Source: Nemertoderma westbladi (Eukaryota > Animalia > Xenacoelomorpha). Taken from it: a stretch of DNA of 64,000 nt. How positions within the stretch are numbered: position 1 is the first letter of the stretch; every line of letters begins with the position of its first letter. The stretch spans positions 1-64,000 of the forward strand of contig JAUCBJ010007520.1 of NCBI GenBank assembly GCA_032718475.1, in the 5' to 3' direction. Made by a program: the position numbers and the translations under genes. Below, piece by piece: positions 26,185 through 37,484 of this stretch. The notes beneath the pieces are model-generated. The model was not told the DNA's origin. It ran no database searches and saw only the letters and a program-made list of their open reading frames with translations.

Positions 26185-29100
26185 ATGGATAAACCTGCAA
26201 AAAGCGCTAGGAAGAAATATTTTTGTCTCAGTGATTATGACGATGCTTTTGCTTTATTGGACCAAGTTGAAAGTGACACCGAAAGCTTTATTGATAACTT
26301 GAAGAATGACTCAGACACTGAGTTTGTAGTGGAGAATGATCCTGGAATAAATCTAGGCCTACCAGTAGGGGTAAATGATGAGATTTATAACATTAGTCCT
26401 AATGAAGTCAAAGTACCGGTACCGGTACCGGTACCTGAGGCGAACATTCATGTCTTTGTTCCTGATCCTGATGTACCGGTAGTCGTACAACCGGATGTTT
26501 CTACCAGTAGCTCGGAATGATTAAAGGATAAACGTAAAACGGAATGGAAGTGGGTCTGGAAGAAAAAAAAGAATCCCTCTAAAAGTCAAACATGCTTATA
26601 TGGTGAAGATGGCGATGCGCTTCTGGATTTTAAGGACAATTGTACTCCCGTGGAGGTATTTTCTAAGTCTGCTAAGTTGGATAAACTTATTGACTTGTTG
26701 GTCTGTGAAAGCAGGAAATATGCCGAACAATCAGGTTGAGTTTTTGAGATCAGTGCTGATGAAATGCGCACATTTATTGGAGTAAATTATATAATGTCAA
26801 TAAATAAGTTACCATCACTCAGGGATTACTGGTCCACAGATGAGTTTATTGGCAATAGTGGAATTAATAAAACAATGACACACCCCAGATTTGAGGAAAT
26901 ACTAGGAATAGGAATAATTTGTGAATTGGATGAAGATGGTAAAATGGTGGACCCGGGATATAAGATCCGACCCATCCTGGACCATGTAAACGACGCATTC
27001 GCCTGTGCCAAGTTTTTTACGAGTCACTACTGCATTTTTTGTTTACAAGGGATTTTTCCTTTTAGCGATATTCCGTCTAACGACTATGATATTTTCGGAA
27101 TTTCCGACGATTTATACTTGCTCAACGAAAATGCTGATAATCCTAGTTTTGCTACTATTGATCCGGATAATAACATTCAAAATTTAGCGCGAAATAGCGA
27201 ATACTATAATGATACTAAATTTAACAGTGAAATCGAGCGTATAGGTTCTCATCATAACTCTTTTTCTGTATATCACCTAAATTGTAGAAGCCTAAACAAT
27301 AATCTTTCTTACACTGCTGAATTTTTAAGTACATTAGACGAAGATTTTGATGTTATCACTTTTACTGAAACATTAGTAGGTGCTAAAGACAATCACTGTA
27401 AATTAAAACTTGACAACTATGTAGGACCGCTACTATCAGACAGACCAGAGGGACGTTCCTCAGGTTCCGGTTGGGGTGTGGGAATTTACATTAAGGATAC
27501 GCTAACCTTTACGGAACGAGACGACTTGACTGTGTCGGGAATTCATAATAAATGGATCCAAATTAAAAAATCCAACAATAAGTCCTTAGTGTTAGGTGTA
27601 ATATACAGACCCCCGTCTGTCAATTACAATAATTTTATTAATATTCTAGAACCCGCATTGGCGAAAGTATCTGATAAAAATATAGATATCGTCCTCACTG
27701 GTGACTTCAATGTTAACTTAAACAAAATGACATCAGAAAGTGCACGATACTTAAAGATACTTTCATCATACGGATTTTCCCAATTAATAAAACAACCCAC
27801 TCGAATTGTACACGGTGCTAATTCAACGCTTGACCATATTATTACTAATATTACGAATGATTTTACTACTGCCGGCGTTTTTTTATCAGAAATTGGCACA
27901 ACAGACCACCTTGGAACATTTGCGTTATTTCATAATTATTCTGCTTTTTTCAAACAACACAATACTAAAATGTGCTATGATTATAGCAAATTTAACTTAA
28001 ATAGTTTTTTGCTCGACCTTTCATTACCACCTCTCGCAGCTTACCGATCACATAATATACCGACAGATAAAAAATTCGACACTTTTTACAATTCTTTTGA
28101 TCAATTATGCCAAAAACACTTACCTAAAAAATAATTACAAAAAGAAAAATTGCACGCAAACCATGGCTAACTCCTTTGCTAATTAAATCAATTTCTAAAA
28201 ATAATAAATTATATGAAAAATATATTAAATCACCGTGTTCTGAAACCCAAAAAGCCTATAAAACATATCGTAATAATTTAACGACTGTAATCAGAGCCGC
28301 TGAAAAATCATTCTATAATCAAGAATTTTTAAAAAACAAAGGAAATATGCGCAAGACGTGGTCTGTAATTAACTCTGTATTACACAAAAATAAGAAATCC
28401 CTAAGCCCTACCAAAATTGCTTTCAGAACAGAAGTAGGGGCAAAAATAACGTCTGATCCCCATAAAATAGCATCTATTTTCAACGAACATTTTTCAACTA
28501 TTGGACCAAAACTTGCCAGTACAATACCCCGATCTAACCGATGCCCTACCCGCCACATTAACCATCGACACTCGAATTCATTTACTCTTATTGAAACTTC
28601 TGTAGCTGAAATTCACTACCTACTTTTACAAATAAATGAAAACAGCGCTACTAATGACAACTTTCCCAGTAAATTATTAAAAATTGCTGCTGAACACATT
28701 GCACCTCATCTAGCATATTTATTTAACCTATGTATCACAACAGGTCATTATCCAGTTTCTCTTAAACAATCTAAAATAATCCCATGTTTTAAGGGGGGTG
28801 ATCCACTAGATTCTAATAACTATAGGCCAATATCATTATTGCCAGTTTTTACAAAAATTCTAGAACAGGTTATATACTCACAGCTTCAATCTTATTTAGA
28901 TCGTTTCTGTATTTTGACTGCATCACAATTCGGTTTTCGAAAGAGGATTTCTACGGCTTCGGCTATTCTAACGGTTACAGAAAAAATTAGATTTCACCTT
29001 GACTCAAAAGAATCTATCTGCGCAATTTATCTAGATTTAAAAAAAGCGTTTGATACGCTGAACCACTCTACCTTATTTAAAAAATTAGAATCTTACGGAA

Positions 29101-31500
29101 TTCGAGGCACCCCCCCAGACTTTACTTAGGAGTTTTCTAACAGACCGTACACAATCAGTATCCTTAAATGGCGTAATCTCACCCACTCTTCCGGTAACCT
29201 GCGGAACGCCCCAGGGTTCAGTCCTTTCACCATTGCTGTTTCTTTTATATGTGAACGACTTACCGGACGCATCCAAATTTTTGACAACTTTATTTGCCGA
29301 CGATACGACGTTACTGGGCTTCAATTCAGACTTAAATTTATTGATTAACAACACAAACACTGAACTGGAAAAAATTTCGGACTGGCTTATAGACAACTCA
29401 TTATCACTTAATCTTAGTAAAACAGAATACTCTATTTTTAGTAACAAAAACTGTCTTGGACTACCGAAAGTTAAAATTAAAGCCAACGAAATTACTAAGG
29501 TAAATAGCACTAAGTACTTAGGTATCTTTATCAATGACAATTTGAGCTGGAAAACGCATATAAATTACATCCTTAAAAAAATATCTAGATCCTCCGGACT
29601 TTTTTATAAATTAAGACACTTTTTCCCAAGCCAAATTTTACGTACGCTGTATTATACATTAATTAATCCTTACATCACTTATGGAATTCTTGCTTGGGGT
29701 ACTGCCTGCAAATCAATAACACGTCCACTAAGAATTAAAGTTAATAAAATCTTGCGTTGCATAACATTTAGTGACTACCGGGCTCACTCTGTGCCACTTT
29801 ACAAATCACTAAATGTTTTGCCAATCGAATCTATATTTGAATTACAATTAGGCCAGTTAATGTACGATATATCAAAATCTTCTAATAATCACCCTCTTTC
29901 AAATTTTTTTACTAAATTGTCTGATATTCATTTATATAACACCCGTTCATCTACTTTAGGCAAATTCGTAGTACCGTTAACCCGTCTCAATGTAGCACAC
30001 CAAGGATTATCAGTCACTGGGCCAGTATTGTGGAACAGTCTCCCCTCTAGTCTAATTATTAGCAAATCTAAATTTTCATTTAAACGTCAATTTAAAACAT
30101 ACCTATTTGAACACATGACGTAACGTCATAATAATACATTACACAATATCTCCCTATATGTCTGGCTCTATCTTATTATATTTCCTTCTCACATACACTG
30201 GGACTGGACTGTTTCTTCACTACAGTGTATTGTAAAATGGTTAATTAAATTATTATATTTCCTTGTGATCCTGATCAACAATTATTAAAGGTTTATAACA
30301 GTTCTTATTTTATCTTTTTTCAAATATATAATACTTAGTTACATATACAGTACATTTACCCTTGGTCGGTTGGCAGCCTCGACTAGCCTGGCTATTGCTG
30401 CAACCCTTACCAACCCACCGCCTTGCACACTGCATACACATTTTCTTTTTATTCCATTACAACTAAACTGTGCTTTGGTGATGGTTCTAATTATAACATT
30501 TTCCTATAAATAACAATAAACTTAAACTTAAACTTAAACTTAAACCTTGTCTGGATGTTCTTCACAGTCAGTAGATGGACATATGGTTAAATTCAAGGGC
30601 CACTCGGCGATGAAACAATACATAAAGAACAAACACATTAAATGGGGGTTCAAGTTTTGGCTACGTTCTGGCAGCAGGTCTGGGTACACATATGAAGTCC
30701 ATCTTTACTTAGGTAAAAAATTGCTTCCTGATTATTTGTTAGGAGAAGGAGTGGTCTTAAAATTAACAGAAAATATTCGAAATTCATTCGCTAGAGTTTA
30801 CTTCGACAACTTTTTTATTTCTGTTAACCTGGTTCAAACGCTATACGACAATGGAATATATTCCCTTGGAACTGTACGATCTAATAGAAAGGAATTCCCA
30901 AGTTTTAAACCGGATAAAGAAATGGTATGCGGGGAGTGCCAAGTTCAATTTGCCAACAACGTGGTTGCTGTGAAATGGATGGATAATCGGGCCGTCAATT
31001 TAGTTGGGACCAATGTAGGAAAACCAACGCAGATGACATCCGTATTGCGGAGGTATGGTGTATTTATTAATTATTGTTGCAGCACAAATACTGGTACAGT
31101 ATGCAATGCATACATCTGAAAATAAGGGCAACTAAAAGTGAGGTCTATACACTAATTTCTGGTAAAATAATATGCAGTAGTAAATGGTGTTGATAATAAA
31201 AGGAATATGAGACAAAGTGCACTAATTTTAGACCTAAAGTTTTTATTATAATATACCGGTATACAATATAATATAGATTAGTTAATAACATATATAAATT
31301 AACAGTATTCATAATACTACGTAGTATATATATATATAAGTACTGTACATTTTGCCTTGCAGGGAGAAAGGAGCTTCGTCGAAGAAAGCCGTTGACTGCC
31401 CACAGGCTGTGAAAGAGTACAACTATGGTATGAAGGGGGTAGACCTAGCAGATCAGAAAAACGCCGCATATGGTTTGGATCGCCGATCTAAATTTAGATA
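26185..31500 (+). pseudogene. piggyBac (PGBD-like) DDD transposase in pieces 26185-27009, 30545-31052 and 31363-31500
   Basis: Motifs LPSLRDYWS, KIRPILDH, SVDGHMVKFKG, KQYIKNK.IKWGFKFW, YFDNFF, GTVRSNR, KWMDN, YNYGMKGVDLADQ. In-frame stops at 26518 and ~26737. Confidence 0.85.
27010..30544 (+). mobile_element. L2/CR1 (Crack-like) LINE with near-complete ORF2 and two frameshifts, inserted in the piggyBac transposase
   Basis: HLNCRSL, IYRPP, GDFN, LDHI, TDH (APE); NYRPISLL, QFGFR, DLKKAFD, GTPQGS, FADD, KYLG (RT). 3' UTR stem-loop at ~30365-30415 and (AAACTT)n tail at 30518-30544. Confidence 0.92.
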
Positions 31501-31904
31501 TAGTATCATATATATCCAGAATATCTGTCAGCGTAATAATGTGTTGATAATTCGATCCTACAGTCCCAATCCCAATAAACATTAACTTGGTCGTTTTGGC
31601 GGCCAAAATTACCAAAATCACCAAAAAAAATGTGGTGTATTCCTATGGGCTACTTGGTCGTTTTGGCGAAGCGATTTAACTCGAATCAGCTCAATCCAGA
31701 CAGTCCGTCTCCTTGGCCATCCATTTGGTGGATCTGACTAAATGTCGGCTCGCTTTCATTTTTATTATTGACAGATTGTTAACTTACCCGGCGCTGAGCC
31801 TTGCAGTACTGGAGTCCGCCCACTGAGGCATTGATAGAGTACACAGTCTTATAAAAGGAGTTGAATGGGGCTTCGTTAAAGGAGGAGTATGTATAATAAT
31901 CTGA

Positions 31905-32118
31905 ACGTCCCGAAATTAATTTATGGATGTCCCAAAATTAACTATACTATATGGACGTCCCGAAATTAACTTATGGACGTCCCGAAATTAACTTATGGAC
32001 GTCCCGAAATTAATTTATGGACGTCCCGAAATTAATCTATCAACCAATCAGAATCGTAATGAAATAACTAATTAATGGACGTCAATAAATTAATTTCGGG
32101 ATGTTAATTTCGGAAATT
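31905..32118. repeat. ~22-bp tandem repeat ggacgtcccgaaattaa(c/t)ttat with inverted partial copies at the right
   Basis: Directly visible; likely the subterminal array of an unclassified element. Confidence 0.8.
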
Positions 32119-32194
32119 AATTTCAATAATATTTTTTTTTATAATAAACATTTTTTTAAATATTTTTTTACAATGTATAATTCGCGGACAATGC

Positions 32195-32599
32195 GGGGTG
32201 ACTACAAAACAAAGACCCAATTATAAAGACCTGCATAATCTTGTTACATGTGTTAACTTTCGTTAATTGTTTTGAATCCCCCGTCACGCCTCTGTAACTT
32301 GCTCCTTTACTAACCTGCTCCATTAAATAGCAATGGTACATAACGCTCATTGTGACCTGTACAAAACAAAGAGGTAAAGTCGCGTTACGTCCCAAAGAGC
32401 GTTAGGTTCCTAAGAGCTTTAGGTCCCATTGCCAGAGAGCGTGAGATCACATTGCCATTTAAAGGAGCAGGTTAGTAAAGAAGCAGGTTACAGAGGCGTG
32501 TTGGGGAACCAAAACAATAAACGAAAGTTAACACATGCGTTTTGTATTTGTACAGGTCTTTATTATTTGGGTCGTTGGACTTTGTTTTGTTGTCACCCG
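32195..32599. mobile_element. Small foldback element (~140-bp imperfect inverted arms)
   Basis: cacgcctctgtaacttgctcctttactaacctgctccattaaatagcaatg pairs with cattgccatttaaaggagcaggttagtaaagaagcaggttacagaggcgtg. Confidence 0.7.
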
Positions 32600-33576
32600 A
32601 CACGGCGGTGTTGCATGGGGGCCACCAATCCACTCACCCACACTCAACTCCCAACTTCCTGGACACTAGGATACTGAGTGAAAGCGTCTGAAACTACTAC
32701 AGGAACTCCATGACAGATTATGGGCTAGCGACTAGGGACTGGCGCCCTTGAACATGTAAACTGTAGTACCTACTGTACCACCTACCTTAAAGTGACCTGT
32801 GGGACCAGCCCATTATTAGTGAGGTCGGCATTTATCTTTATCCTGCCGCTCTCTTTGTATTACAATAGCATACAGCTAACCAATGGCAATGGTCTACCCC
32901 CAGTGCCGGAAAGACAAGCTGGTTACCATTGAAATGAATAGGGGAAGGATAATATGGTGTGTTCGTGTTCCCATCCTAATGTCTGTCGTCTTGGCTCAGC
33001 TAAGATTAAACAGAGCCGCAGTCTACAATAGAGCTTTACCTAAATACACTTCCAGTGAGCCAAGCAGTAGTGGCGGGTTAGCTCCAAAATGCCCATGTAG
33101 GATTTCTTCGAAAAAGGACCAATTGGTTGAGTTACGAGTTACAGTGAAAAAGTATTCATGATTAGATTTTGCTTTGAACAGGAGAAACAGATGGAATATA
33201 TAGGTCATCTAATTAATTGTTTAAAGATTAGCAAACAATACGGCAACAATACAGTGTAATTGAATTGATGAAATCCATAAATAAAACGTGGATACAAAAT
33301 GTAAAATCGGGATGCAAAATATTAATCTCTGAGCTAAGAAAGGGAAATTGGATACTGTACAACTTTTCTGGATACAAGCGGTCCGTTTACCTTACAAAAT
33401 GAAAAATAAACGCGCTAAATATAAAACAGTACGGAACTGTCCGGGGGGGGGGGGGGGGGGGGGGGGCGTTGGGGAGGGAATGTCCGGAAATCGAAGCCTT
33501 TTTCTATCTGCCAACATCCTGGGCTTTACTTACACTCAGCCTCTATTCTTTCCTTCAGGCACCTTCACATACAATA

Positions 33577-35757
33577 ATGAACCACAATGAAATGATCCAC
33601 AATGTGAGTAGTTCTTATGAAACGAACCACACTGTGGGTAGACCTACTGAAATGAACCACAATGAGGGTAGACCTACAGGAATGGACCACACTGTGGGTA
33701 GTTCTTATGAAATGAACCACACTGTGGGTAGACCTACAGGAATGATCCACACTGTGGGTAGACCGACAGGAGTGAACCACAATGAAATGAACCACCATGT
33801 GGGTAGTTCTTATGAAACGAACCACACTGTGGGTAGTTCTTATGAATCGAACCACACTGTGGGTAGACCTACAGGAATGAACCACACTGTAGGTAGACGT
33901 ACAGGAGTGAAACACAATGAAATGATCCACAATGTGGTTAGTTCTTATGAGACGAACCACAATATGGGTAGACCTACATGAATGATCCACAATGCGGGTA
34001 GACGTACAGGAATAAACCACAATGTGGGTAGTTCTTATGAAACGAACCACACTGTGGGTAGACGTACAGGAGTGAACCACAATGAAATGAACCACAATGT
34101 GGGTAGACGTACAGGAGTGAACCACAATTTAAATTTCAATCCGGGAAGGCCCGGGCCTTTATTTGGGATACATAGCAGATATTGATAGAATATATTTGCA
34201 CCCCAACACAAATAACTACAGTACATAACACTATAGTACAGTACGAGAAAAAAAATATTTATGTTAATGTGATTAATGGCACCCACAGAAATGAACCACA
34301 ATGTGGGTAGACCTACAGAAACGAACCACAATGTGGGTAGACCTACTGAAACGAACCACACTGTGGGTAGACCTACAGGAATGAACCACAATGTGGGTAG
34401 TTCTTATGAAACGAACCACACTGTGGGTAGATCTACAGAAACAAACCACAATGTCACCATGTCCGTGGTGGCGAGTTTGTCTTTAGCTGGACACGAAATA
34501 TTACCCTCGCCCCCTGTAGCTTGACCACGAAATCTGCAGGAGTTGCAGATCGTACAGATAACTGGGCAGACTTTAATATCGTGTCTTGACCGCGTGCAGT
34601 ACATGCAATATGGCATGCCTAAAGCAGATAAACAAGACTCAGCTTCGTGAAATGCGGACATACATATGTTTTCACATACGTCCCAAGTCTCAGGCATTCC
34701 TTGTTATATCGGAAGTTTATCATTCGAATGGGAGTTTATCTTTCGATCTCCTCGTTTGATCGCAATGTTCTCGCTGAGACTGGCATACGCTCGGCTACTC
34801 CGAATTTGTTCGTCACTACGAAAGCCGATTTGAAATGATGTTGTTCGAAATTGGATGGAACCCGTTTGTCTCTGTATCCATTTAGCTTGTTCCAAATACC
34901 AGTAGGTAATTCTCATCAGGTCGCGTGGCACCTCAGTTGTCACGGGTGCTGGTAACGACCTCTTTAAACCAGTATTTATCCTTGGCGATATCATTTGAGA
35001 AAATCAAAGTATATCCTCGGGAGCAGGTGGCAGGAAAGGTCTTCGACTTGTACTCGGCATTGCATATCCCAATCCTTACCTTCTGGTAACCGGTAGGGCA
35101 ACATTGTTTCACATTTCCGTTTAAATGTATCGAACACTTGGGTGTTGTCCATAGACCTGGCAGGGCAGTCACCCGAGTTTCCTTCAGGCACCTTCACATA
35201 CAAGAATGAACCACAATGAAATGATCCACAATGTGAGTAGTTCTTATGAAACGAACCACACTGTGGGTAGACCTACTGAAATGAACCACAATGAGGGTAG
35301 ACCTACAGGAATGGACCACACTGTGGGTAGTTCTTATGAAACGAACCACACTGTGGGTAGACCTACAGGAATGATCCACACTGTGGGTAGACCGACAGGA
35401 GTGAACCACAATGAAATGAACCACCATGTGGGTAGTTCTTATGAAACGAACCACACTGTGGGTAGTTCTTATGAATCGAACCACACTGTGGGTAGACCTA
35501 CAGGAATGAACCACACTGTAGGTAGACGTACAGGAGTGAAACACAATGAAATGATCCACAATGTGGGTAGTTCTTATGAGACGAACCACAATATGGGTAG
35601 ACCTACATGAATGATCCACAATGCGGGTAGACGTACAGGAATAAACCACAATGTGGGTAGTTCTTATGAAACGAACCACACTGTGGGTAGACGTACAGGA
35701 GTGAACCACAATGAAATGAACCACAATGTGGGTAGACGTACAGGAGTGAACCACAAT
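33577..35757. repeat. 30-bp minisatellite aaccac(a/c)ctgtgggtag + (acctacaggaatg | ttcttatgaaacg), in blocks 33577-34127, 34286-34455 and 35206-35757; resumes at 43454-43536
   Basis: Directly visible; the 30-bp period generates the NHTVGRPT / VVHSCRSTH repeat ORFs. Confidence 0.9.
34455..35190 (-). pseudogene. Degenerate gag-like ORF with a CCHC zinc knuckle
   Basis: ORFs 34704..34994 and 34404..34697 are in one frame separated by a stop. CMYCTRSRHDIKVC fits C-x2-C-x4-H-x4-C. Confidence 0.4.
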
Positions 35758-37484
35758 TTAAATTTCAATCCGGGAAGGCCCGGGCCTTTATTTGGGATAC
35801 ATAGCAGATATTGATAGAATATATTTGCACCCCAACACAAATAACTACAGTACATAACACTATAGTACAGTACGAGAAAAAAAATATTTATGTTAATGTG
35901 ATTAATGGCACCCAGTGGCTATTAGCTGTAGCAAAGCTAGTTTAGCTTACCACCATGCGCAAAAGTCATCTACATATTTGTGAAACTTGGGGTGGATTGG
36001 GAGATGGAGGGGGGGGGGGGGGGGGGGGGAACTCGATAGCACAACCCATTCCGAAACATCTGTTTATAAGAAAAAAATGCTTACTTCAGCGAGGAATTTA
36101 CCTTAGCTGGGACCTGTCTCGAGAATAAAAATGTTGAAAATTATACTGTATTTGTGATTTTATGCATCTTTAATTGTTATGTAAATTGATTATAACGAAT
36201 CAAGATATGTTATTTTTAGCTTGGTTGATAACGATTTTTTGGATTTAGAATTTTTTAAAACTGGGGGCAGTTCATTCCAGATTTTGGGGCCTGAAAACTT
36301 CAAAAATATTTTTGGGAAAGTTCTAGTCTAACGCGAGGAATAAAAAACTTCTGAGCTGATGCAGATCTAGTAAAGTGATGATGGATAGAGCTAGTGGGGC
36401 GAAATATGTCCTGTAGAGCTTTTATTTTATTAAACTTGTGTATATCGAACATAAATTTATTTACTTCGAGTTCAAACAATTTATCTAACGGAAGAATTTT
36501 GAGGGATTTATATATTGGTGCTGCATGGGCTTGGTAGTGACTGAAGGTAATGGCTCGAATTATTTTATTTACTTTAATTTTTATTTTCTTTACGTTTGTG
36601 TTATAACTGTTGCCCCATAAAGTAATGCCATAAAGTATGTGAGGGTGAACTAGCGCAAAATATAGAGTTCTAAGTATATTTAATGGTTGAGTATTGTATA
36701 CCTTGGTTTACATAAATTGCAGTACCTCCCCTATCCCCTATCCCTCTTACCGTATTGTCGGTTAGTTACAATTGGATCATTGTTACCATCTACAGTATAT
36801 GTACTAAGGAGAGGTCTAATTCGTCAGTTAAGAAGGTTTCCGTAAAAGTAAGAATGTCGAACTGTGAATGTAATAAGTCTAAATAGTCAGTTGTTTGCTG
36901 TAGGTTTTTTTTGTAAACTGCGGCTGTTTAAGTGAAACACCGTCAGAGGTTTCTTGTTAGAATTGTGCTTTTGGAGTTCTAGAAGTGAGTTGAAGGCACC
37001 AGTGTCAAGGTAATCAGAGCTATTAATGGATGAAATTATATTTCTGTCTTGGTCAATTGAGTTAAAATGGTTTTTACTGACGGTAAAGTCTTTGCAGTCT
37101 GTAGTGTCATTTTCGATTGGAAAGATATCGGTATCAGAATTCGGGGTGGCCGAGAAAGGAAACAGTTGCACGTAGCAGTATATACAGTATGTTTGAATAG
37201 TATTGGATGAGTTAGATACTGGCAGTGGAAGGTCAGACAATTCCAGACAGGTCCCGCAAGGATGGTGAAACATATTCTCACAAATTAAGCATTTTAAGGA
37301 AATTTCGGTTTGAGATACTATCGAGTAACAAAAGGAACAGGATGGGGTTAACCCTATTAAACCCGGGGTGTCAATATGACCCCCCCCCCCCCCCCCGTGG
37401 TTTTTTTATTATAATTCTGAAACAAACGCAGTTGGGAATCTGAAATTTTATGACTTTTCCTAAAAATCTATTATCTTCCTAGTA

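Larger units (their letters stand above)
25149..31500 (+). mobile_element. piggyBac transposon: left end intact, LINE-interrupted, 3'-truncated
   Basis: TTAA|CCCCTTGAGGACAC left end, ~160-bp x4 internal tandem repeat (25550-26185), transposase fragments. No right TIR found. Confidence 0.85.

Noticed and set aside
33577-35757. CRISPR-like look of the palindromic repeat with variable intervening sequence
   Set aside because: The intervening 13-mers are two or three recurring variants rather than unique spacers; no cas genes; eukaryotic context.
33469-35855. His/Asn-rich and Val/His-rich ORFs on both strands
   Set aside because: By-products of a 30-bp-period satellite; no independent coding evidence.
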